From Candidatus Anstonellales archaeon (GTDB lineage Archaea > Micrarchaeota > Micrarchaeia > Anstonellales > J096), in contig JAWAFD010000001.1 of the NCBI GenBank assembly GCA_038890745.1, forward strand, positions 1-64,000: a stretch of 64,000 nucleotides of DNA, in the 5' to 3' direction. The notes beneath the pieces are model-generated. The model saw only the letters and a program-made list of their open reading frames with translations, searched no databases and was not told the origin of the DNA. This document shows positions 10,684 to 21,285 of the stretch, in pieces. How positions within the stretch are numbered: the first letter of the stretch is position 1; each line of letters begins with the position of its first letter. The translations under genes and the position numbers were made by a program.

Positions 10684-10694
10684 CTTCTGGGCGG
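10672..10694. repeat. Third copy of the ATPase-flanking repeat; contains the ATPase stop codon
   Basis: GGCCGGAAGTAACTTCTGGGCGG is identical to 9574-9596. Confidence 0.9.
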
Positions 10695-10698
10695 TCAT

Positions 10699-11286
10699 AT
10701 GTTTAAGCATGTGATTTTTGATTTGGATAATACGATTGTGGCTCTGAATGTAGAGTGGGATAGTGCAAGAAAAGAGGTTATTGAGTACATAAAACAGATT
10801 GGGGTTAGGATTGAAAGCGAGGAGCATTTTTCTCTTTGGGAGATGCCATTCAGAGTTCCGCAATTCAGGAAGCATAAAAAAGAAATAGACAAAATTTTTG
10901 AGAAGTGGGAAAGAAAAGCGATAGAGGAAGGAAAGCCACAAAAAATAGGATACGCTGTGGAGCTGATAGAAAAAATAAATGGAAAGGTTATGGGGATCGT
11001 CTCTAATAATACGCATTCAACAATAGAACTGATATTGGGGAATATTGGGATTAGGGATAAGTTTAAGTATGTAATCGGGAGGGATGACACTTTTGAAATA
11101 AAGCCACTTCCAGGAATTGTTGAGATGGCCATAAAGAAAAGTGGTGTGCCGAAAGAGGAGAGTTTGTTTGTTGGGGATAGTAGATGGGATTTTATTGCAG
11201 GAAGCAGTGCAGGTGTTCCGGTATTCATAATGAGGAACGAGGAGGATGCAAAAACTTTAGAATATATTTTAAATCTAACTCTATAA
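10699..11286 (+). CDS. HAD-superfamily hydrolase (phosphoglycolate phosphatase-like)
   Basis: FDLDNT motif I, VSNN, KP.P, FVGDS..D. Confidence 0.85.
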   Translation: MFKHVIFDLDNTIVALNVEWDSARKEVIEYIKQIGVRIESEEHFSLWEMPFRVPQFRKHKKEIDKIFEKWERKAIEEGKPQKIGYAVELIEKINGKVMGIVSNNTHSTIELILGNIGIRDKFKYVIGRDDTFEIKPLPGIVEMAIKKSGVPKEESLFVGDSRWDFIAGSSAGVPVFIMRNEEDAKTLEYILNLTL

Positions 11287-11300
11287 AAATAATAAACAAT

Positions 11301-11407
11301 AGCCCCGTCGTCTAGTGGTCAAGGATAGGAGGCTCTGGACCTCTTGACAGCGGTTCGAAGAGCCCTTTTTCCTGGCGGAAAGGGGTTTGGAAATCCGCTC
11401 GGGGCTA
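11301..11407 (+). tRNA. tRNA-Gln(CTG) with 34-nt intron at 59/60 (11360-11393)
   Basis: AGCCCCG/CGGGGCT acceptor; GGAGG-CT-CTG-GA-CCTCT anticodon arm; T-loop TTCGAA|T split by a BHB-forming insert. Confidence 0.9.
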
Positions 11408-11441
11408 TTTTTTAAAAATATTTACGCAAATAAACACTAGT

Positions 11442-12119
11442 ATGGACGCAAAGGAAGTATACAAATTACATATGGGAAATGTAAACTACCGGTTCTTCGG
11501 TTCAGGCATAGCCCACTATTCAAAATTCTTAGGTATAAAGGTAGAAGAGGTTATTAGGGAACGGATGCATAAAAAAGAAAGAGTTAGTATTTTGGATATA
11601 GGAACCGGAAACGGATTGTTCTTGAAAGAAATTGAAGAGAGATTCAAGAAAGTCGATGCTTATGGGATTACATTGAAGATGGATGGAAAACCAAAATCTA
11701 AAAAAATAATCATCTCTAATTGCGGAGAATGTATCCCATTCAAAGAGGGATGTTTTGACTTTGTTTTTTCTGTTATGACAGCTGTGTACATTCCTGACAT
11801 TACGAACTTGCTATTGGAAACAAGGAGGGTTATCAGCAATGATGGAACGGCATACATCCACTTGGGAGGTATATGTGATAGTAGAGTAAAAATTCAAAGC
11901 GGAAGTAATAGCGAGTATGTAAACATTGACCTTTTTCTTAGCATGTGCAATATAGGATGTATTAGAACATTACAGCGTATTGTTTCTACCGTTTACCGGC
12001 AGGACATAACAATATGCATATATAAAAATACAATGATACCGGAGCTTAGACACCTTGAGTCTAAATTTGAGGGTTACGATTGGAGCAACTATTTTATACC
12101 AACCGGTAGATATTTATAA
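11442..12119 (+). CDS. Class I SAM-dependent methyltransferase
   Basis: ILDIGTGNG motif I; PFKEGCFDFVFS. Confidence 0.75.
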   Translation: MDAKEVYKLHMGNVNYRFFGSGIAHYSKFLGIKVEEVIRERMHKKERVSILDIGTGNGLFLKEIEERFKKVDAYGITLKMDGKPKSKKIIISNCGECIPFKEGCFDFVFSVMTAVYIPDITNLLLETRRVISNDGTAYIHLGGICDSRVKIQSGSNSEYVNIDLFLSMCNIGCIRTLQRIVSTVYRQDITICIYKNTMIPELRHLESKFEGYDWSNYFIPTGRYL

Positions 12120-12121
12120 GA

Positions 12122-12688
12122 ATGAGCCCGCAAAAACCATACATGGATTGGAAAAAATTCAAAGAGGAGAAACTTTCTGAATTGAAAAAAGCGAAAGCAA
12201 ACGGCGAAGTGGATAAAGAAATTCTTGATTTGGTGCGCGCGATAAATAAAAAACAGAATTATGTTACAAGTTCAAGCTGCGCTGGAAGGATTCTTCTTTT
12301 GGAGGGAACGGTGAAGGGGTATGCGAAGCATTATGCAAAATGGCACTCTTTACCGGCAAAAAAAGAAATTGAAAATGCCGTGAAAGCATACAGAGGAAAG
12401 AAAATTCTCTGGTTAAGGGTGGAGCCTTTCATTCTGCATGTTTTTGCAAAGGACCTAGATTCTGCAATGGATTTTATGAAGAGAGCGAAAAATGCGGGGG
12501 TGAAGAGGGGTGGAATTCAATATTCGAAAAATTTTTATTTTATTGAAATACAAGGAACGGCTGGATTGAACATGCCTATAAATGTATGCAAATGCGATTT
12601 TGGGAAGGTGTATGGGATAATAAAAAGAATGCTTGTGGAAAATGAGCTCAGGAGAGGAATACTTAAAAAAGAGATGGCAAAAAAATAG
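12122..12688 (+). CDS. taw3: tRNA wyosine-pathway methyltransferase Tyw3/Taw3
   Basis: [16 protein letters not shown] and EPFILHV motifs. Confidence 0.85.
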   Translation: MSPQKPYMDWKKFKEEKLSELKKAKANGEVDKEILDLVRAINKKQNYVTSSSCAGRILLLEGTVKGYAKHYAKWHSLPAKKEIENAVKAYRGKKILWLRVEPFILHVFAKDLDSAMDFMKRAKNAGVKRGGIQYSKNFYFIEIQGTAGLNMPINVCKCDFGKVYGIIKRMLVENELRRGILKKEMAKK

Positions 12689-12691
12689 CTT

Positions 12692-14440
12692 ATGCATGAA
12701 ATCCGCTCGCCGATTGTTGCTGTTCTTGGCCATGTTGACCATGGAAAGACCAGCATTCTTGATGCCATAAGGGGTTCAAGGGTTGCCGCAAAGGAAGCGG
12801 GCGGGATTACGCAGATGATAGGTGCAAGCTATGTTTCAAAGCAGGATATTGAAAATCTAAGCAGTGGGCTTGCTGAAAAACTAAAAATAAAGCTTGTCGT
12901 TCCGGGGCTACTTTTCATAGACACACCCGGCCATGAGGCATTCACGAATTTGAGGGATAGGGGAGGAAGCATAGCCGATATTGCAATACTTGTTGTGGAT
13001 GTGAATGAAGGGTTCATGCCCCAAACAATTGAGAGCATAAACATTTTGAAGAGGTACAAAACGCCCTTTGTTATCGCTGCAAACAAGATAGATATTTTGA
13101 GCGGGTGGAACAAGCAGAATACAAAAAGCTTTCTTGAAAGCCTTGGAAAACAGAGAGAAGATGTGAAACTAAAACTTGATGAAAAGATATACTCTATTGT
13201 TGCAAAATTAGGAGGGTATGGGTTTAACAGCGAAAGGTTTGATAGGGTTGGCGATTTTTCTAAGGAGGTTGCAATAATTCCAATATCCGCAAAAACACAT
13301 GAGGGGCTTGCAGAACTTCTTCTTCTCGTTGCAGGCCTGAGCCAAAAGTACCTCGAAAAGGAATTGTACATAAACAGGGATGAACCAGCAAAGGGAAGCA
13401 TAATTGAGGTTAAGGAAGAGAAGGGGATGGGAACAACAATAGATGCAATAATATATGATGGTGTTTTGAAAACTGGCGATGAATTTTACTTTTTAACCAA
13501 TAAGGGAGTGAAGAAAACAAAGATAAGAGCACTGCTATTACCGAATGTACGGGGCGGGGAGAAGTACACGCAGGTTGAAAAGATCGTTGCGGCTGCTGGG
13601 GTGAAAATAATCGCGCCAGAGCTTGATGGCGCCATCCCTGGGTCGCCATTTGCGGTTGTGGGTGCATCAAGCGAGGAGGAGATGAAAAAACAGCTTACTA
13701 GCATTGTTTTTGAAAAATCAGAAGTTGGGGTATATGTTAAGACAGATTCTTTGGGCAGCGCGGAGGCTTTGATAGCATTACTAAAGGAACATAACATACC
13801 GATTGCGAAAGTAAATATTGGTAGTGTAAGCAAGGAAGATGTTTTGTTTTCAAAAAGCATATCTGAGAAAAATAAATACCTTGGTGTGATTTTGGCATTC
13901 AACACAAGAACGCCGAGGGATGTTTTAAGGTTTGCTGAGGATGAAAAGGTAAGGATTATTGAGAACAATATAATATACAGGCTTGTTGAAAATTATGAGA
14001 GCTGGGTTGAGGAAGAGAAAGAGAAGGAGAAACGGGAGATGTTCTTAAAGCTTGGCTACCCTGCAAGAATAAAATTTTTGCCCGGATGCTGCTTCCGGCT
14101 TTCAAAACCTGCTGTTTTTGGGGTTGAGATTTTGGATGGAAAAATAAAACCAGGAGCAAAGATTATGGATAAGGAAGGAAATGTCTTGGGGGAGATAAAA
14201 GGGGTGCAGGAGAAAAAGGAGGTGCTGAATGAAGCGTGTAAGGGAATGCAGGTCGCGATAAGCGTTGATGAAATTGTAGTAAATAAAGACATTTGCGAAG
14301 GGGATATTCTTTACACTTATCTAACACAGGAAGAGATAGAAATGTGGAAGGAGAGGGAAGAGTTGCTTACTGATGATGCAAAATTCGCTTTGGAAGAAAT
14401 AAAAAAAATAATTTTGAAAAAAAGAATAGAAAAGAAATAG
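12692..14440 (+). CDS. infB: Translation initiation factor aIF5B (IF-2)
   Basis: [35 protein letters not shown]. Confidence 0.97.
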   Translation: MHEIRSPIVAVLGHVDHGKTSILDAIRGSRVAAKEAGGITQMIGASYVSKQDIENLSSGLAEKLKIKLVVPGLLFIDTPGHEAFTNLRDRGGSIADIAILVVDVNEGFMPQTIESINILKRYKTPFVIAANKIDILSGWNKQNTKSFLESLGKQREDVKLKLDEKIYSIVAKLGGYGFNSERFDRVGDFSKEVAIIPISAKTHEGLAELLLLVAGLSQKYLEKELYINRDEPAKGSIIEVKEEKGMGTTIDAIIYDGVLKTGDEFYFLTNKGVKKTKIRALLLPNVRGGEKYTQVEKIVAAAGVKIIAPELDGAIPGSPFAVVGASSEEEMKKQLTSIVFEKSEVGVYVKTDSLGSAEALIALLKEHNIPIAKVNIGSVSKEDVLFSKSISEKNKYLGVILAFNTRTPRDVLRFAEDEKVRIIENNIIYRLVENYESWVEEEKEKEKREMFLKLGYPARIKFLPGCCFRLSKPAVFGVEILDGKIKPGAKIMDKEGNVLGEIKGVQEKKEVLNEACKGMQVAISVDEIVVNKDICEGDILYTYLTQEEIEMWKEREELLTDDAKFALEEIKKIILKKRIEKK

Positions 14441-14441
14441 A

Positions 14442-14651
14442 CTAGGGTTTTTCTATTTCAAAGTTATCGTTGGTTGGGTCTACTGCCGGATCGTCTATTT
14501 GCAAATCAGAGTCACTTATACCCAAATCAATTCCGGTTGTTTTTTCCTCTGTCTCGCTTTTCTCCTTTGTTCCGATTTCTTTCGTGCTCGCTTTTACGCA
14601 ACCTGCAAAGATAAGGAGAAGGGAAATCACAAAAGCGAGAATGAGTTTCAT
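14442..14651 (-). CDS. Small putative lipoprotein
   Basis: Hydrophobic N-terminus with lipobox-like IFAGC; overlaps the stop of the upstream gene. Confidence 0.6.
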   Translation of the reverse strand: MKLILAFVISLLLIFAGCVKASTKEIGTKEKSETEEKTTGIDLGISDSDLQIDDPAVDPTNDNFEIEKP

Positions 14652-15571
14652 TCTTCTTTCCCTCCTTCCTTAACCCCACCTTTTATCTCATCCACTAGCT
14701 CTCTTATTTCATCGCTTGCTTCTAGTATGTATGCTCTTGCTTCCCTAAATTCTTCAGGGGTATAGTACTCATCCTCTCCTATGGTTACTGCTTTCTCAAG
14801 AAGCTCTCTTATTTCACCCACCCTCTCTTCATATCCATCTGTTTTTTCAAGAATTCTGTCCAAGAAGAGCGATAATCTTTCTTTATGGTATTTTGCCCAG
14901 AGGTAGAGATGATGCTCCCAGCGGGTTTTTCTTTCCTCAAGTAGAGCGGTGGTATCCTTATTTTTCAGTATTTTTTCCATATCGTCTGTGTTTTCCTTTG
15001 CTTCATCCAAAATCTTCTCAAGCTTGGTTGTATCATACCCTTTTTCGCGCATATTTTTTGCAACCTCCTCCCCAGCATCTATCCAGTATCTGTTAAGCTT
15101 TATCTCTGCGCTTATCCTGTTCCTTGTCGCTTTTACATGGCAGTTCACAAACTCTTTATGAGCAGAATCAAAATCTTCTTTAATCTGCGCCATTAATTCA
15201 GATTTATTTTCACCTGAGTTTTTGATTGCCTCAATCCTGGCATCGTGTATCGTCTGAACAGCTTCTCGGAAATAACCTTTTGTTTTTGCAACAGCCTCGC
15301 CGAATGCCTCAAGGTTGTTCTCATCCGCTGCCTGCTGGACCTCTTCCATGCTTAACTGAAGGTTGGCTATTATCTCATCATAGCTCTCTCCTGTGTAACC
15401 CTCCGAATACTCAAGCATTGTTACAAGAAAATCAACCCTGCATTCAAGCTGCGCCGCGTGCATCTCCATTACCGCCTGCCTCAGATCCATTCCAAATGTT
15501 TCGTTGCCTTCTGCCGCTACCAAACCAACCGCAGCAAAGAGCAACAAACACATCACAAAAAACTTTTTCAT
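14648..15571 (-). CDS. Secreted helical/coiled-coil hypothetical protein
   Basis: Likely start MKKFFVMCLLLFAAVGLVAA (signal peptide) after GGTGA RBS. The track's longer start runs through the repeat and tRNA. Confidence 0.75.
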   Translation of the reverse strand: MKKFFVMCLLLFAAVGLVAAEGNETFGMDLRQAVMEMHAAQLECRVDFLVTMLEYSEGYTGESYDEIIANLQLSMEEVQQAADENNLEAFGEAVAKTKGYFREAVQTIHDARIEAIKNSGENKSELMAQIKEDFDSAHKEFVNCHVKATRNRISAEIKLNRYWIDAGEEVAKNMREKGYDTTKLEKILDEAKENTDDMEKILKNKDTTALLEERKTRWEHHLYLWAKYHKERLSLFLDRILEKTDGYEERVGEIRELLEKAVTIGEDEYYTPEEFREARAYILEASDEIRELVDEIKGGVKEGGKEE

Positions 15572-15652
15572 ATTCTCACCGGTTTCTGGTTGAATTGAGC
15601 CATTTAAAAAGAAACTTATTTGAAAGCTTTCGAAAGCTTTAGGTCCCTTGTC

Positions 15653-15720
15653 TGCTCCTAATAATATAGGGGGGTAGAAGCGTGAGGGGGTCTGAGAATA
15701 AGTTAAAGTACCCCCTGGTC
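15653..15720 (-). repeat. Dispersed hairpin repeat immediately 3' of tRNA-Gly
   Basis: Minus strand GACCAGGGGGTACTTTAACTTATTCTCAGACCCCCTCACGCTTCTACCCCCCTATATTATTAGGAGCA; its two halves recur at 21307-21342 and ~21470-21507. Confidence 0.85.
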
Positions 15721-15723
15721 TAA

Positions 15724-15939
15724 TGCGGCCGCCGGGATTTCCACCAGACAAACCTCATAGGGGCTTCGCCCCTCGCGGTTTTTCCTTGATTTCCTCCCCC
15801 CTTCCCTCAAAAACATTGTTCAAAATGAGGGGGTTAAGGAGGATACCTAGAACCTAGGGGGAAACTTCCCCCTGGGTTTGGTTTCGGACCCGGGTCTCGA
15901 CCGTGGCAGGGTCGTGTCCTACCACTAGACTACGGCCGC
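15724..15939 (-). tRNA. tRNA-Gly(GCC) with ~145-nt intron at 59/60 (15738-15882)
   Basis: GCGGCCG/CGGCCGC acceptor; CGACC-CT-GCC-AC-GGTCG; T-arm CCGGG-TCCGAA|T-CCCGG. Confidence 0.85.
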
Positions 15940-16017
15940 TTGATTTTTCTTTTTCTCCCAAAACATATAAAAACTTTAAACCTTTAAAATCCAAACCCAA
16001 AAAGGAGTGTGAAAGGT

Positions 16018-16245
16018 ATGAACGAGAATAAAAAAACCGGTTCTCTATTGCCAAAGCCTGTGAATGAAGGTGATGAGCTAGATGTAGAGATTGTGAGCAA
16101 AGGAAAGAAGGACGGAGATGGAATAGCTAAGACAAAAGAAGGTTTTGTAATTATAGTAGAGGGAGGAAACGAAGTAGGAAAAAAGTATCATGTAAAAATA
16201 ACTAGAGTAGGGCTTACTGTTGCTTGGGCTAAAATTACAAACTGA
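16018..16245 (+). CDS. Single TRAM-domain RNA-binding protein
   Basis: PV.EG....V.I...G..GDGIAK..GFVI.V.G...G....VKI.RV pattern. Confidence 0.85.
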   Translation: MNENKKTGSLLPKPVNEGDELDVEIVSKGKKDGDGIAKTKEGFVIIVEGGNEVGKKYHVKITRVGLTVAWAKITN

Positions 16246-17488
16246 GCACCTCACCAAATTTTGGTGCAACAGCCTTTATCCCTTCTTTTTCTTCTATTTC
16301 TTTCGCAAAATTTTCCGGCGCATCCCCATGCACGCAAACAACCAACTCCGGATTAATGCTTCTTATCATTTTGTAAAGGTCCTCCCTTCCAGCATGAGCA
16401 GAGAAATCCAGATACTCAGCAGGTAAACCTACATCTAATTCGTATTCATCCACTTTTATTTTTCCATAATTTAAAAGTCTCCATCCATTCGTCCCCTCAA
16501 CGCTATATCCTGTAAATATTATTTTTGAATTTGGGAGGAGGCTCTTCAGATAGCCAAGGGCGGGACCTCCTTCAAGCATCCCTGCTGTTGCAACTATTAT
16601 TGATGGGTGCTTGGTTGCCTTCCCCCTCTCCCTAGCGCTTGCCACCATGTTCACGCTTTCTATTGATTTTTCAAAACCAGGAAAATCCTTTATGTATCCA
16701 GGATATTTCAGATATACTTTATTTACACTCGTCCCCATCCCATCAACATAAACAGGAATTTCTTTTTCGTATTTTCTTATTATCCTTATAATTTCCTGCG
16801 TCCTTCCAACTGCGAATGCGGGAAGAAGAACGTTTCCCCCATTTTCTATTGTTTCCCATATTTCCTGCATCAGCTGTTTTTCTAGCTCCTTCCTATTCGG
16901 ATGCTCTCTATCATAATAGGTCGATTCAATAATCAAAACATCCGCATCCTCAGGTATCTTCGCCCCTTTGTGAAGCTCTGTTTCCTCTATTTTGAAATCA
17001 CCAGTATAAAGCACGCTTTTTCCTTTGCTTTCTACCCTTAACATCGTAGCACCAGCAAGATGGCCTGCATCCATTATTTTTATTGAAAACTCCCCAACCC
17101 TTAAAATCTGCCCGTGTATTGCTGGTATCCAGTAGTTTTTTGCCTTTTCTATTGAGGTCTTTTTGTAAGGAAAATCATGGCCCTTTAATTTCGCAAGCTT
17201 CAAACTATCATTCCACAAAATTTCTGCAATATCTACTGTTGGTGGTGTTGCATACCACCTTACTTTTCCTTCATCAAACAACCTTGGGAGATAGCCAGAA
17301 TGGTCAAGATGCGCATGTGTTATGAACACCCCATCCGGAATTCTCGGCAGAGGCGCTGGGTATGCCGGCTTCTCCTCTTTTGTGAACACCTTTACCCCAT
17401 AGTCAAATAGAAGGGTTGTTTCCTCTCCTTCAAGAAAGAATGCACTTCTTCCTACTTCTCCTGCAGCTCCCAAAGAATATAATTTCAT
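16235..17488 (-). CDS. Metallo-beta-lactamase/beta-CASP ribonuclease (aCPSF2-like)
   Basis: GAAGEVGRS, THAHLDHSG, AGH, YTGD, ESTY, FSAH, VHGD. Confidence 0.9.
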   Translation of the reverse strand: MKLYSLGAAGEVGRSAFFLEGEETTLLFDYGVKVFTKEEKPAYPAPLPRIPDGVFITHAHLDHSGYLPRLFDEGKVRWYATPPTVDIAEILWNDSLKLAKLKGHDFPYKKTSIEKAKNYWIPAIHGQILRVGEFSIKIMDAGHLAGATMLRVESKGKSVLYTGDFKIEETELHKGAKIPEDADVLIIESTYYDREHPNRKELEKQLMQEIWETIENGGNVLLPAFAVGRTQEIIRIIRKYEKEIPVYVDGMGTSVNKVYLKYPGYIKDFPGFEKSIESVNMVASARERGKATKHPSIIVATAGMLEGGPALGYLKSLLPNSKIIFTGYSVEGTNGWRLLNYGKIKVDEYELDVGLPAEYLDFSAHAGREDLYKMIRSINPELVVCVHGDAPENFAKEIEEKEGIKAVAPKFGEVLSL

Positions 17489-17493
17489 GCTAT

Positions 17494-17928
17494 CTATTTT
17501 TCATTACTGTTTATAATTGTTTGGTGTACCTCGATCCAACCCGTAAATGTAGCTATACCAAAACCAAATAAACATCCTCCTAAATAATAAAATCCTTCAC
17601 ATACGGTTTTCCTCGCATCCCTTGGGTATACAATCCTTACATCCTTTCTCATTCCCCGACTCATGTAATCTTCAAGAAGGGCCGGGTCTTTCATGAGCGC
17701 GAGCCACATCGCTCTTTCCAAATCATCTCCTCTCTTAGTGTAAATAGTGTATGCTTTTTCAACAGTCCTTATTCCTATCTTTCCATCCCCAACCGCATCT
17801 TCTATAAGTATCCTTCGCGCAACAGAATCTTGATTAAGCTGATTTTTTGCAGTAGAAAGTGGTTCTGTTGCGTTAACATGTGTTGCGAACAGTACTGTAG
17901 TTAGTAAAGGACTTAAATGTTTTTTCAT
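17494..17928 (-). CDS. Hypothetical protein (signal peptide, C-terminal hydrophobic segment)
   Basis: 144-aa ORF filling the gap, with a TATA-like element upstream. Confidence 0.55.
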   Translation of the reverse strand: MKKHLSPLLTTVLFATHVNATEPLSTAKNQLNQDSVARRILIEDAVGDGKIGIRTVEKAYTIYTKRGDDLERAMWLALMKDPALLEDYMSRGMRKDVRIVYPRDARKTVCEGFYYLGGCLFGFGIATFTGWIEVHQTIINSNEK

Positions 17929-17988
17929 GTTGTAATTTATGGATTGTTAGTTTTTTAAACCTTTGGGTTGAATTTCTTCTGTGATAGT

Positions 17989-19944
17989 ATGGTTGGGACA
18001 GAGATAGAGGCTCTTCTTAAGGAAAAACGACTTTTCAAACCACCAGAAAAAATTGTTGAGGAAAGCAATGTAAAGAAATGGATGGATAAGTATGGAATAA
18101 AAACTTATGAAGAATTGCTTGAGAAAAGCCAGAATCTGGAATGGTTCTGGGGGGAGGTTGCAAAGGAATTTGTAGAATGGTACGAGGAGCCGAAAAAGAT
18201 TCTCGAATGGGACCCTCCGTATTCAAAATGGTTTGTTGGTGCAAAATACAACATTGTTCATGATGCGCTGGATAAACAGGTTAAACTAAACCCTGACAAA
18301 GTTGCTTATATTTTTGAGGGTGAGCCGGGCGATGTACGCAGAATAACCTACAGGGAACTTTACAGAGAAGTAAACAAACTTGCGAATGCTCTCAAAAAAA
18401 TGGGCGTGAAAAAAGGAGACCGTGTTTCCATCTATCTCCCCATGATCCCTGAACTTCCTATTGCGATGCTTGCGTGCGCAAAAATAGGTGCGGTCCATTC
18501 TGTTGTTTTCTCTGGTTTCAGCTCCGGTGCTCTCAGGGATAGAGTAAACGACTGTGAGGCAAAGGTTCTGATTACATGCGATGGATTTTGGAGGAGAGGA
18601 AAGATTGTTCCCTTAAAGCATCAGGCAGAGGAAACGCTTAAGGAAACGCCAACAGTTGAAAAGGTTATTGTTTACAAGCGCGCAGGGCTTGAGATTCCAT
18701 GGAAAGAGGGCAGGGACGTATGGTGGCATGATATTGTTGAAAATGAAAGCGAGGAATGCGAGACAGAAAAAATGGATGCAAACGACATTCTCTACATCCT
18801 TTATACCTCCGGAACAACAGGAAAACCAAAAGGTGTAATGCACAGGCATGGAGGGTATGCTGTTGGCATCGCTCTTACTCTTCATTGGATATTTGACATA
18901 AAACCTGATGATATATGGTGGTGCACTGCTGATATTGGATGGGTAACAGGCCATAGCTATGTTGTTTATGCTCCTCTTATGCTCGGCGCAACCTCTCTAC
19001 TCTATGAAGGTTCCCCTGATTATCCAGAGCCAGATAGGTTTTGGGCGATTGTAGAGAAACACCGGGTAACTGTTTTCTACACCTCCCCAACAGCAATAAG
19101 AATGTTCATGAAGTTTGGGGAAAGTTGGGTGAAGAAGCACGACCTCTCCTCCCTTCGCCTCCTAGGAACGGTGGGCGAGCCGATAAATCCAGAGGTTTGG
19201 ATATGGTATTATGAACATATCGGAAATGGAAAATGCCCGATTATGGATACATGGTGGCAGACAGAAACAGGAGGATTTTGCATCTCCCCCCTTCCAATCA
19301 CAGACCTGAAACCGGGTTCAGCAGTAAAACCTCTTCCGGGGTTCTCTGCTGCTGTGTTTGATGAAGAAGGAAAACCTACCCAGCCAAATGTAGGTGGAAA
19401 TCTTGTTCTTCTCAAACCATGGCCATCCATGCTTTTAGGCCTTTACAAAAACCCGCAAAAATATCAAGAAACATACTGGTCAAAATACCCAAAAGTTTAT
19501 CTAACCGGTGATGTTGCGAAGGTAGATGAAGATGGGTACTTTTGGATAATGGGAAGAGCAGACGATGTTCTGAAGGTTGCAGGGCATAGATTAAGCAACG
19601 CAGAGCTTGAATCAACCCTTGTCTGCCATCCTGCTGTTGTTGAAGCTGGTGTAGTTGGGAAGCCGCATGAGATAAAAGGGGAAAGCATAGTTGCATTTGT
19701 TGTATTGAAAAAAGGAGTACAGGAATCAGAAGAACTTAGGAATGAGTTAAAGGAATTTGTTGCAAAAGAAATAGGAAAGATAGCAAGGCCTGATGAAATA
19801 TACTTTGTTGATGACCTTCCAAAAACACGCTCAGGAAAAATAATGCGAAGAGTGATAAGAAACAAAATAACCGGCCAGCCTGTTGGAGACCTTTCTACGC
19901 TCATGAACCCAGAGGCAGTTGAGCAGCTTGACAAAGCAAGATGA
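17989..19944 (+). CDS. acs: AMP-forming acetyl-CoA synthetase
   Basis: [46 protein letters not shown]. Confidence 0.95.
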   Translation: MVGTEIEALLKEKRLFKPPEKIVEESNVKKWMDKYGIKTYEELLEKSQNLEWFWGEVAKEFVEWYEEPKKILEWDPPYSKWFVGAKYNIVHDALDKQVKLNPDKVAYIFEGEPGDVRRITYRELYREVNKLANALKKMGVKKGDRVSIYLPMIPELPIAMLACAKIGAVHSVVFSGFSSGALRDRVNDCEAKVLITCDGFWRRGKIVPLKHQAEETLKETPTVEKVIVYKRAGLEIPWKEGRDVWWHDIVENESEECETEKMDANDILYILYTSGTTGKPKGVMHRHGGYAVGIALTLHWIFDIKPDDIWWCTADIGWVTGHSYVVYAPLMLGATSLLYEGSPDYPEPDRFWAIVEKHRVTVFYTSPTAIRMFMKFGESWVKKHDLSSLRLLGTVGEPINPEVWIWYYEHIGNGKCPIMDTWWQTETGGFCISPLPITDLKPGSAVKPLPGFSAAVFDEEGKPTQPNVGGNLVLLKPWPSMLLGLYKNPQKYQETYWSKYPKVYLTGDVAKVDEDGYFWIMGRADDVLKVAGHRLSNAELESTLVCHPAVVEAGVVGKPHEIKGESIVAFVVLKKGVQESEELRNELKEFVAKEIGKIARPDEIYFVDDLPKTRSGKIMRRVIRNKITGQPVGDLSTLMNPEAVEQLDKAR

Positions 19945-20457
19945 CTAAACCTCCTTTCCATCCAAAAATTTTCTAATTTTTATTTTTCCTTCTTTATCAA
20001 TCTCTAAAATAATAAAACTCTCATGCCCTCCCTCGCTGCTTCCACCCCATACCCCGGTTGCGCTTCCTGGATTTACAAACAAGACTCCTTTATACTCTTT
20101 CACTTCCAGGTTGTGCGTATGCCCATGCACTAAAACATCAACATCCATTCCCTTTGCAATCCTGAACAGCTGCTCATAATCCCCTCTTGGGTGAACCTCT
20201 GTTCCATGCACCAAACCTATCCTCACTCCATACGCCTCGACCATCTCCTTTTTCGGAAACTCCGCACTATCCATATTTCCTTTAACGCATTTGACTGGGG
20301 CGATTTGAGATAGAAATTGAATTGGTATCATGGACGTTGTATCCCCGGTACATAGAATAAGGTCTGGTTTTTCCTTTATGATAACCTTTCTTATCCATAT
20401 AGGTATATCCCCTGCCCTTTCTGGGATGTGAAAATCACCTATACATAATATTTTCAT
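19945..20457 (-). CDS. Metallophosphoesterase, YfcE/Vps29-like
   Basis: GDFH, GD, GNMD, HG, HGHTH, NPGS. Confidence 0.9.
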   Translation of the reverse strand: MKILCIGDFHIPERAGDIPIWIRKVIIKEKPDLILCTGDTTSMIPIQFLSQIAPVKCVKGNMDSAEFPKKEMVEAYGVRIGLVHGTEVHPRGDYEQLFRIAKGMDVDVLVHGHTHNLEVKEYKGVLFVNPGSATGVWGGSSEGGHESFIILEIDKEGKIKIRKFLDGKEV

Positions 20458-21119
20458 TCAGCACCGCCCAATATTTTTATAATATTCTTTCTTCCTTTCT
20501 TTATTCTTCTAACCAATCCAAGTGCTTCAAGCTCCCCAACTACTAAGCTTGTTTTGCTCTCCGTCCATCTCAAAATTTCTCTCATCTCTTTCTGCTCCAT
20601 CCTACCCTCATTTTCTTTAAGTATTTTAAGAACCATTCTTCCATCTTCATCAATTTCTTTCTTTTCTACTTTTTCCTCTCCTCCCCCTTCTTCACTCAAC
20701 ACATGACCAATAATAAATACCAAGATGCCAATTATGATAAGTGCCATGTAGCATAAAAACTCGCTTCTTTTTTCCGGCATCTCGAACACATCAATTCCTC
20801 CGGGTTCTGAGACTGTATCAAACTCACTAGGATAGAAAAGGATAAGGTCATATTTTGTGTCTTCGCTGATGACTGCCTCCTCCCTGCAATATAGAGTTAT
20901 TTTTCCATTTTCTATATGATATGCTTGTATCGTATAATTCCCCGGCGGCAGTTCGATAGAATAATTATTGCTCGCAACAAATTTTGCAGAGCCTGGCCCG
21001 TTTATTTCAATAACAACATTTTCCAGGTTTTCAAAATTGTTTGCAGAGTATATCTCTCCATAAAGCGTATATGCTGAAACAACGCAGAATGCAACAATCA
21101 AAAAAACAAATTTTTTCAT
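20454..21119 (-). CDS. Membrane-anchored protein with C-terminal winged-helix domain
   Basis: Signal peptide MKKFVFLIVAF, a TM segment, and C-terminal EGRMEQKEM...KTSLVVGELEALGLVRRIKKGRKNII. Confidence 0.75.
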   Translation of the reverse strand: MKKFVFLIVAFCVVSAYTLYGEIYSANNFENLENVVIEINGPGSAKFVASNNYSIELPPGNYTIQAYHIENGKITLYCREEAVISEDTKYDLILFYPSEFDTVSEPGGIDVFEMPEKRSEFLCYMALIIIGILVFIIGHVLSEEGGGEEKVEKKEIDEDGRMVLKILKENEGRMEQKEMREILRWTESKTSLVVGELEALGLVRRIKKGRKNIIKILGGAE

Positions 21120-21132
21120 CCTCTCTTCCCTA

Positions 21133-21264
21133 TGCAGGGGAAGGGATTTTCGAACCTTTTCCGCTGAAGCGCTTTTTGTCAGCAAAAAGGGCTCTTCGAA
21201 CCCTCGAACCCACTAAGGGACTGGCTCCTGAAGCCAGCGCCTTTGACCACTTGGCGACCCCTGC
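21133..21264 (-). tRNA. tRNA-Leu(CAG) with 48-nt intron at 59/60 (21147-21194)
   Basis: GCAGGGG/CCCCTGC; CTGGC-TT-CAG-GA-GCCAG; long variable arm; TTCG/CGAA BHB helix. Confidence 0.9.
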
Positions 21265-21285
21265 AGCAAAATATTTTTCACGCAA

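Noticed and set aside
11407..12121. Integrated island at tRNA-Gln carrying the methyltransferase
   Set aside because: No duplicate of the tRNA 3' end and no integrase found.
15572..15751. N-terminal extensions of track ORFs (also 21120-21185, 28793-28933, 47692-48021)
   Set aside because: They run through tRNAs, repeats or an opposite-strand gene; better starts exist downstream.
9307..15882. Group I or II self-splicing identity for the long tRNA introns
   Set aside because: Too short (<=145 nt), no recognisable catalytic core, and most junctions fit BHB-like motifs.
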